Positions 19,280 to 28,840 of a stretch of DNA of 34,373 nt are shown piece after piece. The notes below the pieces were generated by a model. It was not told the origin of the DNA. It searched no databases and saw only the letters and a list, made by a program, of their open reading frames with translations. The stretch is from Methanobacteriaceae archaeon (GTDB lineage: Archaea > Methanobacteriota > Methanobacteria > Methanobacteriales > Methanobacteriaceae): positions 1 through 34,373 of the forward strand of contig JAUXXK010000347.1 in the NCBI GenBank assembly GCA_030681145.1. The letters are read 5' to 3'. The translations under genes were made by a program, and so were the position numbers. Position 1 is the stretch's first letter. The number at the start of each line of letters is the position of its first letter.

Positions 19280-19453
19280 TTGGTATCAAGTAAATTAACT
19301 CGATTTGAAAGAGCTAGAATTATAGGTGCGAGAGCTCTTCAGCTTGCCATGGGAGCAAAACCAATGGTTAAAGTGTCTGGAGCTATGGACCCTATAGATA
19401 TAGCTACTTTAGAACTTAAAAAGAAAGTTATCCCTTTAGATGTAAGAAAATAA
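19280..19453 (+). CDS. rpoK: DNA-directed RNA polymerase subunit K (Rpo6); not in the ORF track
   Basis: Read manually: (M)[56 protein letters not shown] (57 aa). LTRFE.AR.IGARA.Q is the RPB6/RpoK signature. TTG start 7 nt after GGAGG, with no in-frame ATG. Confidence 0.88.
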   Translation: MVSSKLTRFERARIIGARALQLAMGAKPMVKVSGAMDPIDIATLELKKKVIPLDVRK

Positions 19454-19492
19454 CCACTAATTAACCACTATTTTTTCATAAGAGGTGTTTTT

Positions 19493-20743
19493 GTGGATAG
19501 CGTTATTGAAGACGTACGTGTACGTAAAATTTTAGATAGTAGAGGAAACCCTACTCTGGAAGTTGATGTAATAACTTGGAATGGCTTTGGTCGAGCTGCT
19601 GCACCAAGCGGTGCCAGTACTGGATCCAAAGAAGTTGTAGCATTTCCTGAAGGAGGGGTAGATAAAATAATTGGTGAAGTCGAGGATGTGATCTCTTCTG
19701 AGCTAATTGGTATGGATTCTGAAGACCTGCGGGATATTGATATGGTCTTAAAGGAAATTGATGGAACTGATAATCTTTCCTCAATTGGTGGTAACACTAC
19801 CGTGGCTGTGTCTATGGCTGTAGCCAAGGCAGGCGCATCATCGTATAATATGCCTCTTTACAAGTTTTTAGGAGGCAATATGTGTACGGAATTACCATAT
19901 CCTTTAGGAAATATGATTAATGGAGGAGCACATGCTGGTAAACATGCACCGGATATTCAGGAATTTTTAATTGTTCCGGAGGGTGCTAGTAATATTACTG
20001 AAGCAGTTTTTGCTAATTCCAATGTTCATAAAAGACTAAAAGAATTTATTCAGACTAAAGATAAGAGTTTCACTGGTGGAAAAGGCGATGAAGGTGGTTG
20101 GGCTCCTAATATTACTAATCATGAAGCTTTAGAAATTCAGTCCAAAGCTTGTGAAGAAGTTGGTGATGAACTAGGTATAAAAATCAGACCTTCTTTGGAT
20201 TTAGCCGCCAGTGAAATCTGGGATGCTTCACAGAAAAAATATATCTATGCTCAAGATAATATTGCCAGAGATACTGGTGAACAGATTGAATTTGTAAAAG
20301 AAATTATTGAAACTTATAAAATGTTATTTGTGGAAGATCCACTTGATGAATCAGATTTTACTGGTTTTTCAGAATTAACTGCTAAAGTCGGCGATAAATG
20401 TTTGATTTGTGGTGATGATCTTTTCGTTACCAAAAAATCAATATTACAGGAAGGAATTGATCAGAAGTCTGGTAATGCTATTATTATAAAACCTAATCAG
20501 GTTGGAACTCTCACAGATACCTACGAAACTGTAAAACTTGCCCATGAAAATCAATATGTTCCTGTGGTTTCCCACCGTTCTGGAGAGACTACTGATGAAA
20601 CTATAGCTCATCTAGCAGTTGCTTTTTCTGCCCCTCTAATTAAAACAGGAGCTTTAGGTGGAGAAAGAATAGCTAAACTCAATGAACTTATACGTATTGA
20701 AGAAGAATTATCTAATCCATCAATGGCCCGATTGGATAAATAG
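19493..20743 (+). CDS. eno: Enolase (phosphopyruvate hydratase)
   Basis: 416 aa. [23 protein letters not shown] and IKTGA motifs. GTG start after a GAGGTG SD. Confidence 0.95.
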   Translation: MDSVIEDVRVRKILDSRGNPTLEVDVITWNGFGRAAAPSGASTGSKEVVAFPEGGVDKIIGEVEDVISSELIGMDSEDLRDIDMVLKEIDGTDNLSSIGGNTTVAVSMAVAKAGASSYNMPLYKFLGGNMCTELPYPLGNMINGGAHAGKHAPDIQEFLIVPEGASNITEAVFANSNVHKRLKEFIQTKDKSFTGGKGDEGGWAPNITNHEALEIQSKACEEVGDELGIKIRPSLDLAASEIWDASQKKYIYAQDNIARDTGEQIEFVKEIIETYKMLFVEDPLDESDFTGFSELTAKVGDKCLICGDDLFVTKKSILQEGIDQKSGNAIIIKPNQVGTLTDTYETVKLAHENQYVPVVSHRSGETTDETIAHLAVAFSAPLIKTGALGGERIAKLNELIRIEEELSNPSMARLDK

Positions 20744-21053
20744 AGATATTGGATTAAATGGATAATTATCAATAAATATTATTACATATTCATTAATCTC
20801 TTATTTACCCATATTAAAAAAACTATAATTTTTCAGCTATTTGGGCTTATTACGTACTATAACGTAATATTAATTTATATAATTTAAATAGAATAAAGAT
20901 AATCTATAAAATAATTTTAATGATCGGAATTAAGGATATTTTACAATATTTTTTTCCAGGTTATTTAAAAATCGTTAAACTGTATTAAATTACTCTATCA
21001 ATCTATTAGATTACAAGAGCCAATTAAAAAAATTTTAAAAATGAGGTGATATT

Positions 21054-21650
21054 TTGTCAGAACTTTTAATCCCACTTGATAAGTACTTAGCAGCTGGTTT
21101 ACACATAGGAACTCAACAGAAAACTGGAGATATGGAACGCTACATTTATCGTGTAAGATCCGACGGTCTATATGTTTTAGATGTTCGAAAAACCAATGAT
21201 AGAATTATAGCAGCATCCAAATTCTTAGCAAAATATGATGTTGATGATATTCTGGTTGTATCCACCCGACAATATGGGCAAGCCCCAGTAAAGAAATTCG
21301 GAGAAGTTACTGGTGCAATGACTATTCCTGGACGCTTCATCCCTGGAACTTTAACCAATCCTAATTATGGTAAATTCATAGAACCTAAAGTAATAGTTGT
21401 TACTGACCCTAGATCCGATTCCCAGGCCATTATAGAAGCGAAACAAATAGGAATTCCTGTAGTTGCTTTATGTGATACTGAAAACTTATTAGGTAATGTC
21501 GATCTTGTCGCTCCAGTTAACAATAAAGGTAGGAAAGCTATAGCTCTTGTTTATTGGTTATTAGCCACTCAATTATTACGTGAAAAAGGGATAATTAAAG
21601 AAGATGAAGATCTCGATATTCCAGCTACAGAATTTGAGCTGAAAATATAA
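21054..21650 (+). CDS. rps2p: 30S ribosomal protein uS2
   Basis: 198 aa. [28 protein letters not shown] is the archaeal S2 signature. TTG start after a GAGGTGAT SD. Confidence 0.94.
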   Translation: MSELLIPLDKYLAAGLHIGTQQKTGDMERYIYRVRSDGLYVLDVRKTNDRIIAASKFLAKYDVDDILVVSTRQYGQAPVKKFGEVTGAMTIPGRFIPGTLTNPNYGKFIEPKVIVVTDPRSDSQAIIEAKQIGIPVVALCDTENLLGNVDLVAPVNNKGRKAIALVYWLLATQLLREKGIIKEDEDLDIPATEFELKI

Positions 21651-21771
21651 TCTAAAATCTTTAAAAATTTTTTTATAAAAATATACTAAATTAGTATATT
21701 TTTAAGCTACCATTTTTTTATAATATAATAAATAATGAATTAGGATAATTAACTTAAATGGCCGTGATTTT

Positions 21772-22611
21772 ATGATAAGAAGACCTGCAGTGGCAGGAAC
21801 TTTCTATGAAAGCCATCAAGAATCTCTAAAAAAGAGAATAGAATGGTGTTTTAAACATGAATTAGGTCCGGGGAAACTTCCTAAATTTGGTGCTAAACGG
21901 GAAATTAAAGGTGTTGTCGCGCCACACGCAGGATTTATTTATTCTGGTCCAGTTGCAGCCCATTCTTATTACGAAATAGTAAAAGATGGATTTCCTGAAA
22001 CTTTTGTGATTTTATGTCCTAATCACACTGGAATGGGGTCTGGAGTTGCGGTGGCCACTGAAGAAAAATGGAACACCCCTCTTGGTGATGTGGAAATCGA
22101 TCATGAATTTGCTAGTCATTTATGGAAAGAATCTGGTATAATTGATTCTGACAGCAGCGCTCACTCTCAGGAACATAGTTGTGAAGTTCATCTTCCTTTT
22201 TTACAGTATTTCAGCAATAATTTTCATATAGTACCCATTTCCATGGGAATGCAAGATTTGGAAACATCTAATGAAATTGCTAATGCTATAAATAAAGTTG
22301 CTTTGAAGTTAAATAGGGATCTGGTTGTAATTTCAAGTACTGACTTTACCCATTATCAACCACAAGATATAGCATCGCGAAATGATAATTATGTGTTGGA
22401 ATCAATAAGATTACTTGATGAACAACAGATGATGGATAGAGTTTTTGATTTAAATGTTACTATGTGTGGATATGGTCCTGTAGCAACCAATATTCTATTT
22501 TCTAAAATGAGGGGTGCTTTAAAAGGAGAAATCCTAAAATACGCTACCAGTGGAGATATCACTGGTGACCATTCCTCGGTGGTAGGTTATGCTTCGGCAA
22601 TTTTTCGATGA
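21772..22611 (+). CDS. MEMO1-family protein (AmmeMemoRadiSam system protein B-like), function unknown
   Basis: 279 aa. RRPAVAGTFY, VAPHAGFIYSGPVAAHSY, CPNHTG and EHSCEVHLPFLQ motifs are typical of the MEMO/UPF0103 family. Confidence 0.85.
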   Translation: MIRRPAVAGTFYESHQESLKKRIEWCFKHELGPGKLPKFGAKREIKGVVAPHAGFIYSGPVAAHSYYEIVKDGFPETFVILCPNHTGMGSGVAVATEEKWNTPLGDVEIDHEFASHLWKESGIIDSDSSAHSQEHSCEVHLPFLQYFSNNFHIVPISMGMQDLETSNEIANAINKVALKLNRDLVVISSTDFTHYQPQDIASRNDNYVLESIRLLDEQQMMDRVFDLNVTMCGYGPVATNILFSKMRGALKGEILKYATSGDITGDHSSVVGYASAIFR

Positions 22612-22816
22612 TTATCTAGTGCCTTTTGTATTTATTATCTCCATTTATTATTTCAAATAAACTAATGAAATTTCAAAAGATTAGATGAGAGCGCAAGATA
22701 TCAATTAATACATTTAATAATTACATATTTTTTTAAAAAATTAGAATATTATAAATTCATTTGAATTAATGGACGGATGTTGCATAATTATTTAATTAAT
22801 ACTACGAGTGGTTAAA

Positions 22817-23797
22817 ATGACTCAATCTACAGCTTCTGCACCTGGTAAGACTATTCTTTTTGGAGAACACGCAGTTGTGTTTGGTAAACCGGCTATAGCT
22901 GCTGCTGTAGATAGAAGAGCTATAGTGACTGTTAATTCAAAAAAGAGTAATATAAATTCAAATATCACTTTCCAATCACGCAGTCTTGATTTAAAAGCAG
23001 AACTGGATTTAGATAAAGGCCATATAAAATTAATTAGGGGTCAATCGGGCATATTAAATTATGTAATGGAGACTCTTTTTAAAAAACATGATGGATCTCC
23101 GATTGATATTCAACTGGAAATGAAAATGCCAGTTGGTGCAGGATTGGGGTCATCCGCCGCAGTTACGGTAGCTACTATCGCTGCTCTGGATGATTTTCAT
23201 AATAGAAAAATTGAAATTTCTCAGATAGCTAAAGTTGCTCATAAAGTAGAATTAACTGTTCAAGGGGCAGCCAGTCCTTTGGATACAGCAGTAAGTGCTC
23301 ATGGGGGCTTGATTTTTTTATCTAAAAATTTTGAGATTGTTCCCTTAAAATCGGATTTGAAAGATTATATTGTGATTGGATATACTTCTAACAGAGGCAA
23401 TACTGGTGAAATGGTGGCTGGGGTGAAAAAAAGACGAGATTTACATCCTGAAATCATGGATCCAATTATTAATTCAGTTGAAAATATTACATTAAAAGCA
23501 AAGGACATGCTTGATGTTGAGACATTAAATACAGAAAAAATGGAGATTCTTGGAGAATTGATGAATATTAATCAAGGTCTTCTAGATGCCATGGGTGTAA
23601 ACATATTGGAACTTTCAAAAATGGTTTATATTGCTCGTGATGCTGGAGCTATAGGATCAAAAATTACAGGGGCTGGTGGTGGGGGTAGCATTATTGCTCT
23701 GTGCCCTGGAAAAACAAAAGATGTTTTGAATGCTTTAAAAATAATTGAAAATGCCATTCAAGCAGATTTTTCAAAAAAAGGCATTATTATCCACTAA
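22817..23797 (+). CDS. mvk: Mevalonate kinase
   Basis: GHMP kinase motifs: APGKTILFGEHAVV (N-terminus), PVGAGLGSSAAV, KITGAGGGGS. ATG at 22817 preferred. GTG at 22808 is possible. Confidence 0.92.
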   Translation: MTQSTASAPGKTILFGEHAVVFGKPAIAAAVDRRAIVTVNSKKSNINSNITFQSRSLDLKAELDLDKGHIKLIRGQSGILNYVMETLFKKHDGSPIDIQLEMKMPVGAGLGSSAAVTVATIAALDDFHNRKIEISQIAKVAHKVELTVQGAASPLDTAVSAHGGLIFLSKNFEIVPLKSDLKDYIVIGYTSNRGNTGEMVAGVKKRRDLHPEIMDPIINSVENITLKAKDMLDVETLNTEKMEILGELMNINQGLLDAMGVNILELSKMVYIARDAGAIGSKITGAGGGGSIIALCPGKTKDVLNALKIIENAIQADFSKKGIIIH

Positions 23798-23912
23798 ATT
23801 CTATAATTAATGTCAAAATTGAATTAAATTATAATCAATAATTATATCACTATTAAACTATTCACTAATAATCATAATCTGTCAAATACTAAATAGATAC
23901 AAGGTGTTTTTT

Positions 23913-24740
23913 ATGATGATTTTAAAGCTTGGTGGGAGCATAATAACAGAAAAAGGTGCTAAAACACCTACTATAAATAATAATAACTTAAAAAGAATTG
24001 CTAAAGAGATTAAAAATGCTTTAAATTATCAAAAAACTAGTAAAGATTTTAATAATGGATTAATTATTGTTCATGGGGCTGGATCTTTTGGACATCCTTT
24101 TGCCAGTGATTACGAAATTGGTAAACCATTTAATGGATCTGAAGATTTGGAAAAAAAGAAAAAAGGATTTTCTTTAACTCAAAGCTGGGTTAAAAAATTA
24201 AATAGTTTAATATGTGATGTGTTAAGAGAGGAAAATATAAATTCAGTTTCTATACAACCTTCTTCTTTTGTTATAACTCGAAATAAACGAATAGAGCATG
24301 CAAATTTGGATTTAATAAATCAATACTTGGAAACTGGTTTTGTACCAGTTTTATATGGTGATGTAGTTTTGGACTTAGAAAAAAGCATTAAAATGGCAGT
24401 GCTTTCCGGCGATCAAATAATTAATTATATTGCCAAAAAATTAGTTCCAGAAAGAGTGATTTTAGGTACTGATGTGGATGGTGTATTTAATAAAAATCCT
24501 AAAAAAGATTATAATGCTCAATTAATCACAGAACTAACTTCTTTGAAAGATCTGGAATCTATGGATGCCACTACTAATATTGATGTTACTGGAGGTATGG
24601 TGGGAAAAATTAAAGAACTTCTGGAATTGGCCCATATTGGAATTGAATCAGAAATTATAAATGCTGAATGCGAAAATTTGATTGAAAAAGCTTTATGTGG
24701 TCAAAAAGTTCGTGGAACTATCATAAAAAAAAATAAGTAA
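23913..24740 (+). CDS. ipk: Isopentenyl phosphate kinase (amino-acid-kinase fold)
   Basis: LKLGGSIIT...VHGAGSFGH...GDVV...GTDVDGV...DVTGGM motifs match archaeal IPK. ATG follows an AAGGTG SD, and the track GTG lies inside that SD. Confidence 0.88.
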   Translation: MMILKLGGSIITEKGAKTPTINNNNLKRIAKEIKNALNYQKTSKDFNNGLIIVHGAGSFGHPFASDYEIGKPFNGSEDLEKKKKGFSLTQSWVKKLNSLICDVLREENINSVSIQPSSFVITRNKRIEHANLDLINQYLETGFVPVLYGDVVLDLEKSIKMAVLSGDQIINYIAKKLVPERVILGTDVDGVFNKNPKKDYNAQLITELTSLKDLESMDATTNIDVTGGMVGKIKELLELAHIGIESEIINAECENLIEKALCGQKVRGTIIKKNK

Positions 24741-24786
24741 ATATATTACTTATTGTAAAATTTAATTTATAAAAATGAAATATCTA

Positions 24787-24793
24787 TTTTTTT
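24787..24793 (+). terminator. T7 tract with a weak upstream hairpin after ipk
   Basis: ATGAAA(24775-80)/TTTCAT(24791-96) stem overlaps a TTTTTTT run, about 50 nt after the stop. Confidence 0.35.
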
Positions 24794-25177
24794 CATATTT
24801 AATTAAAATTAACCCCTAATTTCTAGCAAAAAATTGTATTAAAAGTTAAAAAATGCTTGATATAATTCACACCATTCATACCTACTTGAAAGGAAAATAT
24901 ACTAGTAATAATCAATATTATATGCTAAGTGTTACTAAATAATCTAAAGGACAATAAAAGGAAAATTTGTTTTACTTAAATTTTGATATTTCATGAAAAT
25001 AATCATCGAAAAATGGGTTTATAATGGATTTCATTATATTATTATTCAATAGAATAAAAAATTAAATTATAATACTAAAATAACGCGCATATAAATGTTT
25101 ATTTTTAAAATAGGCATTTTATTCACCAATTTAAGATAATTAGAAGAAAAGATTTAAGTATGAAAGGGAATGTTAAA

Positions 25178-26230
25178 ATGATTTCAGATAGGAAATTAGA
25201 ACATTTATTGTTATGTGCACACTGTGATGTGCAGTATAAACATAAAAATACGGGTTTTGATGATATTGAGTTTATTCATCGAGCATTACCCGAAGTAAAC
25301 AAAGAAAAAATTGATTTAAGCACGGAAATTTTAGGGAAGGAGATGAAATCTCCCATTATTATTTCTGCTATGACTGGCGGACATCCTTCAGCTTTAGCCC
25401 TAAATAGGGAACTTAGTCGGGCTGTTAATAAAATGGAAATAGGGATGGGCCTTGGAAGTCAGAGAGCTGCTATTGAAAACCCGGATTTAGTTAATACTTA
25501 TGACATTGCTCGAAAAGAAGCACCTTCATCTCTTTTAATTGGAAATATCGGTGCTCCTCAGATAGAATATGCTCCACAGGCTGTGGAGATGATTGATGCT
25601 GATGCATTGGCCATTCATTTAAATCCTTTACAAGAATCTATTCAGCCAGAAGGGGATATTGATGCCTGCGGTTTTATTGATTCCATAGGTGAAATAGTTA
25701 AAACAGTGGATGTGCCAGTAATTGCTAAAGAAACTGGTGCGGGAATTTCTTTTGAAGATGCTGTTTTATTGGAAAATAAAGGTGTTGATGCAATAGACGT
25801 TGCTGGTTCTGGAGGTACTAGCTGGGCTGCTGTAGAAACTTATAGGGCAGAAGATGATTATATGGGTAATTTATATTGGGATTGGGGAATACCTACTGCT
25901 GTTAGTACTGTGGAAGTAACTCAATCTGTTAATATTCCAGTAATATCTTCTGGTGGAATTAGAAGTGGATTGGATGCTGCTAAAGCAATTGCTCTAGGTT
26001 CAGAAGCTGTGGGAATAGCGTTACCTGTATTAAAAGAAGCTTATGTTGGTTATAAAGAAGTTGTAAATGTCATTGAACGATTCAATGAGTCTTTGAAAGC
26101 AGCAATGTTTTTAGTTGGTGCATCTAATCTAGATGAATTAAGATCATCTAATTTGATTATAAGGGGTCAAACTCGAGAATGGTTACATGAAAGGGGATTT
26201 AATACACAAAAATACGCAAGGAGGTCATAA
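25178..26230 (+). CDS. fni: Isopentenyl-diphosphate delta-isomerase, type 2 (FMN-dependent)
   Basis: [14 protein letters not shown]-terminus. TIM-barrel FMN motifs (ISAMTGG, GSQR, AKETGAG, SGGIRSG). The track start at 25160 adds 6 aa. Confidence 0.92.
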   Translation: MISDRKLEHLLLCAHCDVQYKHKNTGFDDIEFIHRALPEVNKEKIDLSTEILGKEMKSPIIISAMTGGHPSALALNRELSRAVNKMEIGMGLGSQRAAIENPDLVNTYDIARKEAPSSLLIGNIGAPQIEYAPQAVEMIDADALAIHLNPLQESIQPEGDIDACGFIDSIGEIVKTVDVPVIAKETGAGISFEDAVLLENKGVDAIDVAGSGGTSWAAVETYRAEDDYMGNLYWDWGIPTAVSTVEVTQSVNIPVISSGGIRSGLDAAKAIALGSEAVGIALPVLKEAYVGYKEVVNVIERFNESLKAAMFLVGASNLDELRSSNLIIRGQTREWLHERGFNTQKYARRS

Positions 26231-26231
26231 T

Positions 26232-27581
26232 TTGGCTGTAGAAGTTATTGCCATCGGCGGATATCAGGAAGTTGGAAAAAATATGTCTGTTGTTAAGGTG
26301 GGCGATGATGTAGTCATATTTGATATGGGGATCCACCTTGATCGATTACACCTTCATGAAGATACGGATATATCAAGGATGCACAGTTTAGATTTAATTC
26401 AAAGGGGAGTCATTCCTGATGATACATTAATGAAAGACGTAGATGGGAAGGTTAGGGCCATTGTATGCACGCATGGGCACTTGGATCACGTTGGGGCAGT
26501 GGCCAAATTGGCCCACCGATACGAATCCCCTATTATTGCTACACCATATACTATGGCAATTATAGAGAGTACCATAAAAGGGGAGAAGAAATTTAAAGTT
26601 AACAACCAGCTTCAAGTTTTAAATTCTGGTGAAAAATGTCAAATATCTCCTGATATAACTTTAGAATTTATAAATTCCACACATAGTATTCCTCAAACAG
26701 TTATTGCTGCATTACATACATCTGAAGGAATAATTATATATGCTAATGATTTTAAATTTGATAATCATCAGAAGATATCTTCTCCACCGGATTACAGCCG
26801 ACTCAGAGAATTAGGCCGAAAAGGAGTTTTGGCACTTATTGTGGAGACTACTCGGGCAGCAGAGACTCATGAAGTCAAAACTCATTCTGAAAGAGTTGCT
26901 AAAATGGTATTAGAAGATACCTTAATAGGTCCATTAGAAGAGAAAAATGGACTGGTTCTAACAACTTTTGCATCTCATATTGAGCGTATTCAAGCCATAA
27001 GCGATATAGCTAGTCGTAGTGATAGAAAAATTCTACTTTTAGGTAGATCTATGGAAAAATATTGTTCTCTTGCAGAATCCATGGGTATTCTTAAACTACC
27101 TCCAAATGCCAGTATGTATGGAAGTCCTAAAGCTGTTAATAAAGCTCTTGCACAGGCTGAAGATAAAAGAGAAGATTATTTATTAATAACTACCGGTCAC
27201 CAAGGAGAGCCAGATGCTTTACTGCCACGTATATCTAATGCTAAAACTCAATTTAATATTCAGAGAGGAGATAATGTAGTAATATCTGCCCCTGTTATTC
27301 CTAACCCTATGAACATAGCCAATCGTAATCTTATGGAAAGAAGATTAAATTCTAGTGGGGCGCGTATATACACCAATGCTCACGTTTCAGGACACGCAGG
27401 TATAGAAGACCATCGTGACTTTATTAAGATGCTAAATCCTGTTAATATAATTCCTGCTCACGGAGAACTAAATATGTTGGGTGCATATGCTGAGTTGGTA
27501 GAACAAGAAGGTTATAAAATTGGTAATGATGTTCATCTACTACGAAATGGACAAGCACAAGTTTTTGATGGAGGAATCTGA
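26232..27581 (+). CDS. rnj: Ribonuclease J (beta-CASP metallo-beta-lactamase)
   Basis: HGHLDHVGA motif plus beta-CASP region, archaeal RNase J length. TTG at 26232 sits 7 nt after GGAGG and 1 nt after the fni stop. The ATG at 26187 would overlap fni by 44 nt. Confidence 0.85.
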   Translation: MAVEVIAIGGYQEVGKNMSVVKVGDDVVIFDMGIHLDRLHLHEDTDISRMHSLDLIQRGVIPDDTLMKDVDGKVRAIVCTHGHLDHVGAVAKLAHRYESPIIATPYTMAIIESTIKGEKKFKVNNQLQVLNSGEKCQISPDITLEFINSTHSIPQTVIAALHTSEGIIIYANDFKFDNHQKISSPPDYSRLRELGRKGVLALIVETTRAAETHEVKTHSERVAKMVLEDTLIGPLEEKNGLVLTTFASHIERIQAISDIASRSDRKILLLGRSMEKYCSLAESMGILKLPPNASMYGSPKAVNKALAQAEDKREDYLLITTGHQGEPDALLPRISNAKTQFNIQRGDNVVISAPVIPNPMNIANRNLMERRLNSSGARIYTNAHVSGHAGIEDHRDFIKMLNPVNIIPAHGELNMLGAYAELVEQEGYKIGNDVHLLRNGQAQVFDGGI

Positions 27582-28570
27582 TGAATGATGTAATTCAAAT
27601 TCTAAAAAAGTATTCAGAAAGTATTGATAATGAAATTAACGAGTCACTGTCTACTATTAGTCCCCAAGCACTGCGTGATTCATCAATTCACCTTATTAGT
27701 GCGGGCGGTAAAAAATTAAGGCCATCTCTGGTTGTTTTGAGTTGTGAAGCTGTAGGTGGAAAACCTGATTATTCATTTAAAACAGCATCAGCTATGGAAT
27801 TGATCCATACCTTTTCTCTGATTCATGATGATATAATGGATAAAGATGATATGCGAAGAGGAGAGCCATCTGTACATGTTCTTTGGGGAGAACCAATGGC
27901 CATTCTTGCCGGAGATACACTATTTTCTAAAGCATTTGAAACCGTTTTAAGGACTGAAATTGAAGAATCTTTTCACAAAAGGATCAATGAAACTCTAGCA
28001 GTCGTTGTTGATTCATGTATAAAAATCTGTGAAGGCCAAGCATGTGATATGAGTTTTGAAGGAAACTTCGATGTTAAAGAATCGGAATACATGAACATGA
28101 TTTACAAAAAAACAGGGGCATTAATAGCCGCATCCACAAAAGCAGGAGCTATAATGGGCGGGGGGACATCTGAACAGGTAGATGCTCTATTTGAATATGG
28201 TAAATTGATTGGACTTGCATTTCAAATACAAGATGACTACCTAGATGTAGTCAGCGATGAGGAATCTATTGGAAAACCAGTGGGTAGTGATATTGTTGAG
28301 GGTAAAATGACTCTCATGGTTGTTAAAGCTCTGGCCGAGGCTTCTGAGGATGATAAGGATACTTTAATTACTATTTTGAAGGAAAATAATCCTCAAAGGG
28401 TAGATGAAGCGATTGCTATATTTAATAAATATGGTTCCATTCAATATGCTCATGATATTGCCCTTTCAAATGTAAAGAAAGCAAAAGAACTACTAAATAT
28501 ATTGGACGACTCTGAAGCAAAAAATGCACTTATATTAATAGCGGATTTTGTGTTACAAAGACAGCATTAA
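27581..28570 (+). CDS. idsA: Short-chain (E)-prenyl diphosphate synthase (FPP/GGPP synthase)
   Basis: 329 aa. First and second Asp-rich motifs ([15 protein letters not shown] and FQIQDDYLD). Start overlaps the RNase J stop (TGATG). Confidence 0.92.
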   Translation: MNDVIQILKKYSESIDNEINESLSTISPQALRDSSIHLISAGGKKLRPSLVVLSCEAVGGKPDYSFKTASAMELIHTFSLIHDDIMDKDDMRRGEPSVHVLWGEPMAILAGDTLFSKAFETVLRTEIEESFHKRINETLAVVVDSCIKICEGQACDMSFEGNFDVKESEYMNMIYKKTGALIAASTKAGAIMGGGTSEQVDALFEYGKLIGLAFQIQDDYLDVVSDEESIGKPVGSDIVEGKMTLMVVKALAEASEDDKDTLITILKENNPQRVDEAIAIFNKYGSIQYAHDIALSNVKKAKELLNILDDSEAKNALILIADFVLQRQH

Positions 28571-28840
28571 AATTGCAATAAAAATAAAATAAATTTAAGA
28601 AAATATCATATTAGGATTAAATATTCATATTATAAAAATATTATTTCCTATTCTTAAATTTTTATTTTAATTTAAATATATTTTAAGTTAGTGTTTTAAA
28701 TAATATTTCATAAATTAAATTATAAACATTTCTTAAATTTTGAATTAATAGTATATTATTGATATTTTAAGCTAATTTATAATATTTTAATTTATATATT
28801 ATAAATTGATTTAACAGTTATTTTTTTAGCAGGTGATTTT

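Noticed and set aside
19248-19298. 15-codon ATG-initiated uORF overlapping the rpoK TTG start
   Set aside because: It is out of frame with the conserved RpoK sequence and has no SD of its own. The GGAGG lies within it and is positioned for the TTG at 19280. It could be noise, so it is not reported as a feature.
19468-19827. 119-aa minus-strand ORF (and the 77-aa ORF at 19551-19784) at the 5' end of enolase
   Set aside because: It is antisense to the conserved enolase N-terminal domain and is typical shadow-ORF composition.
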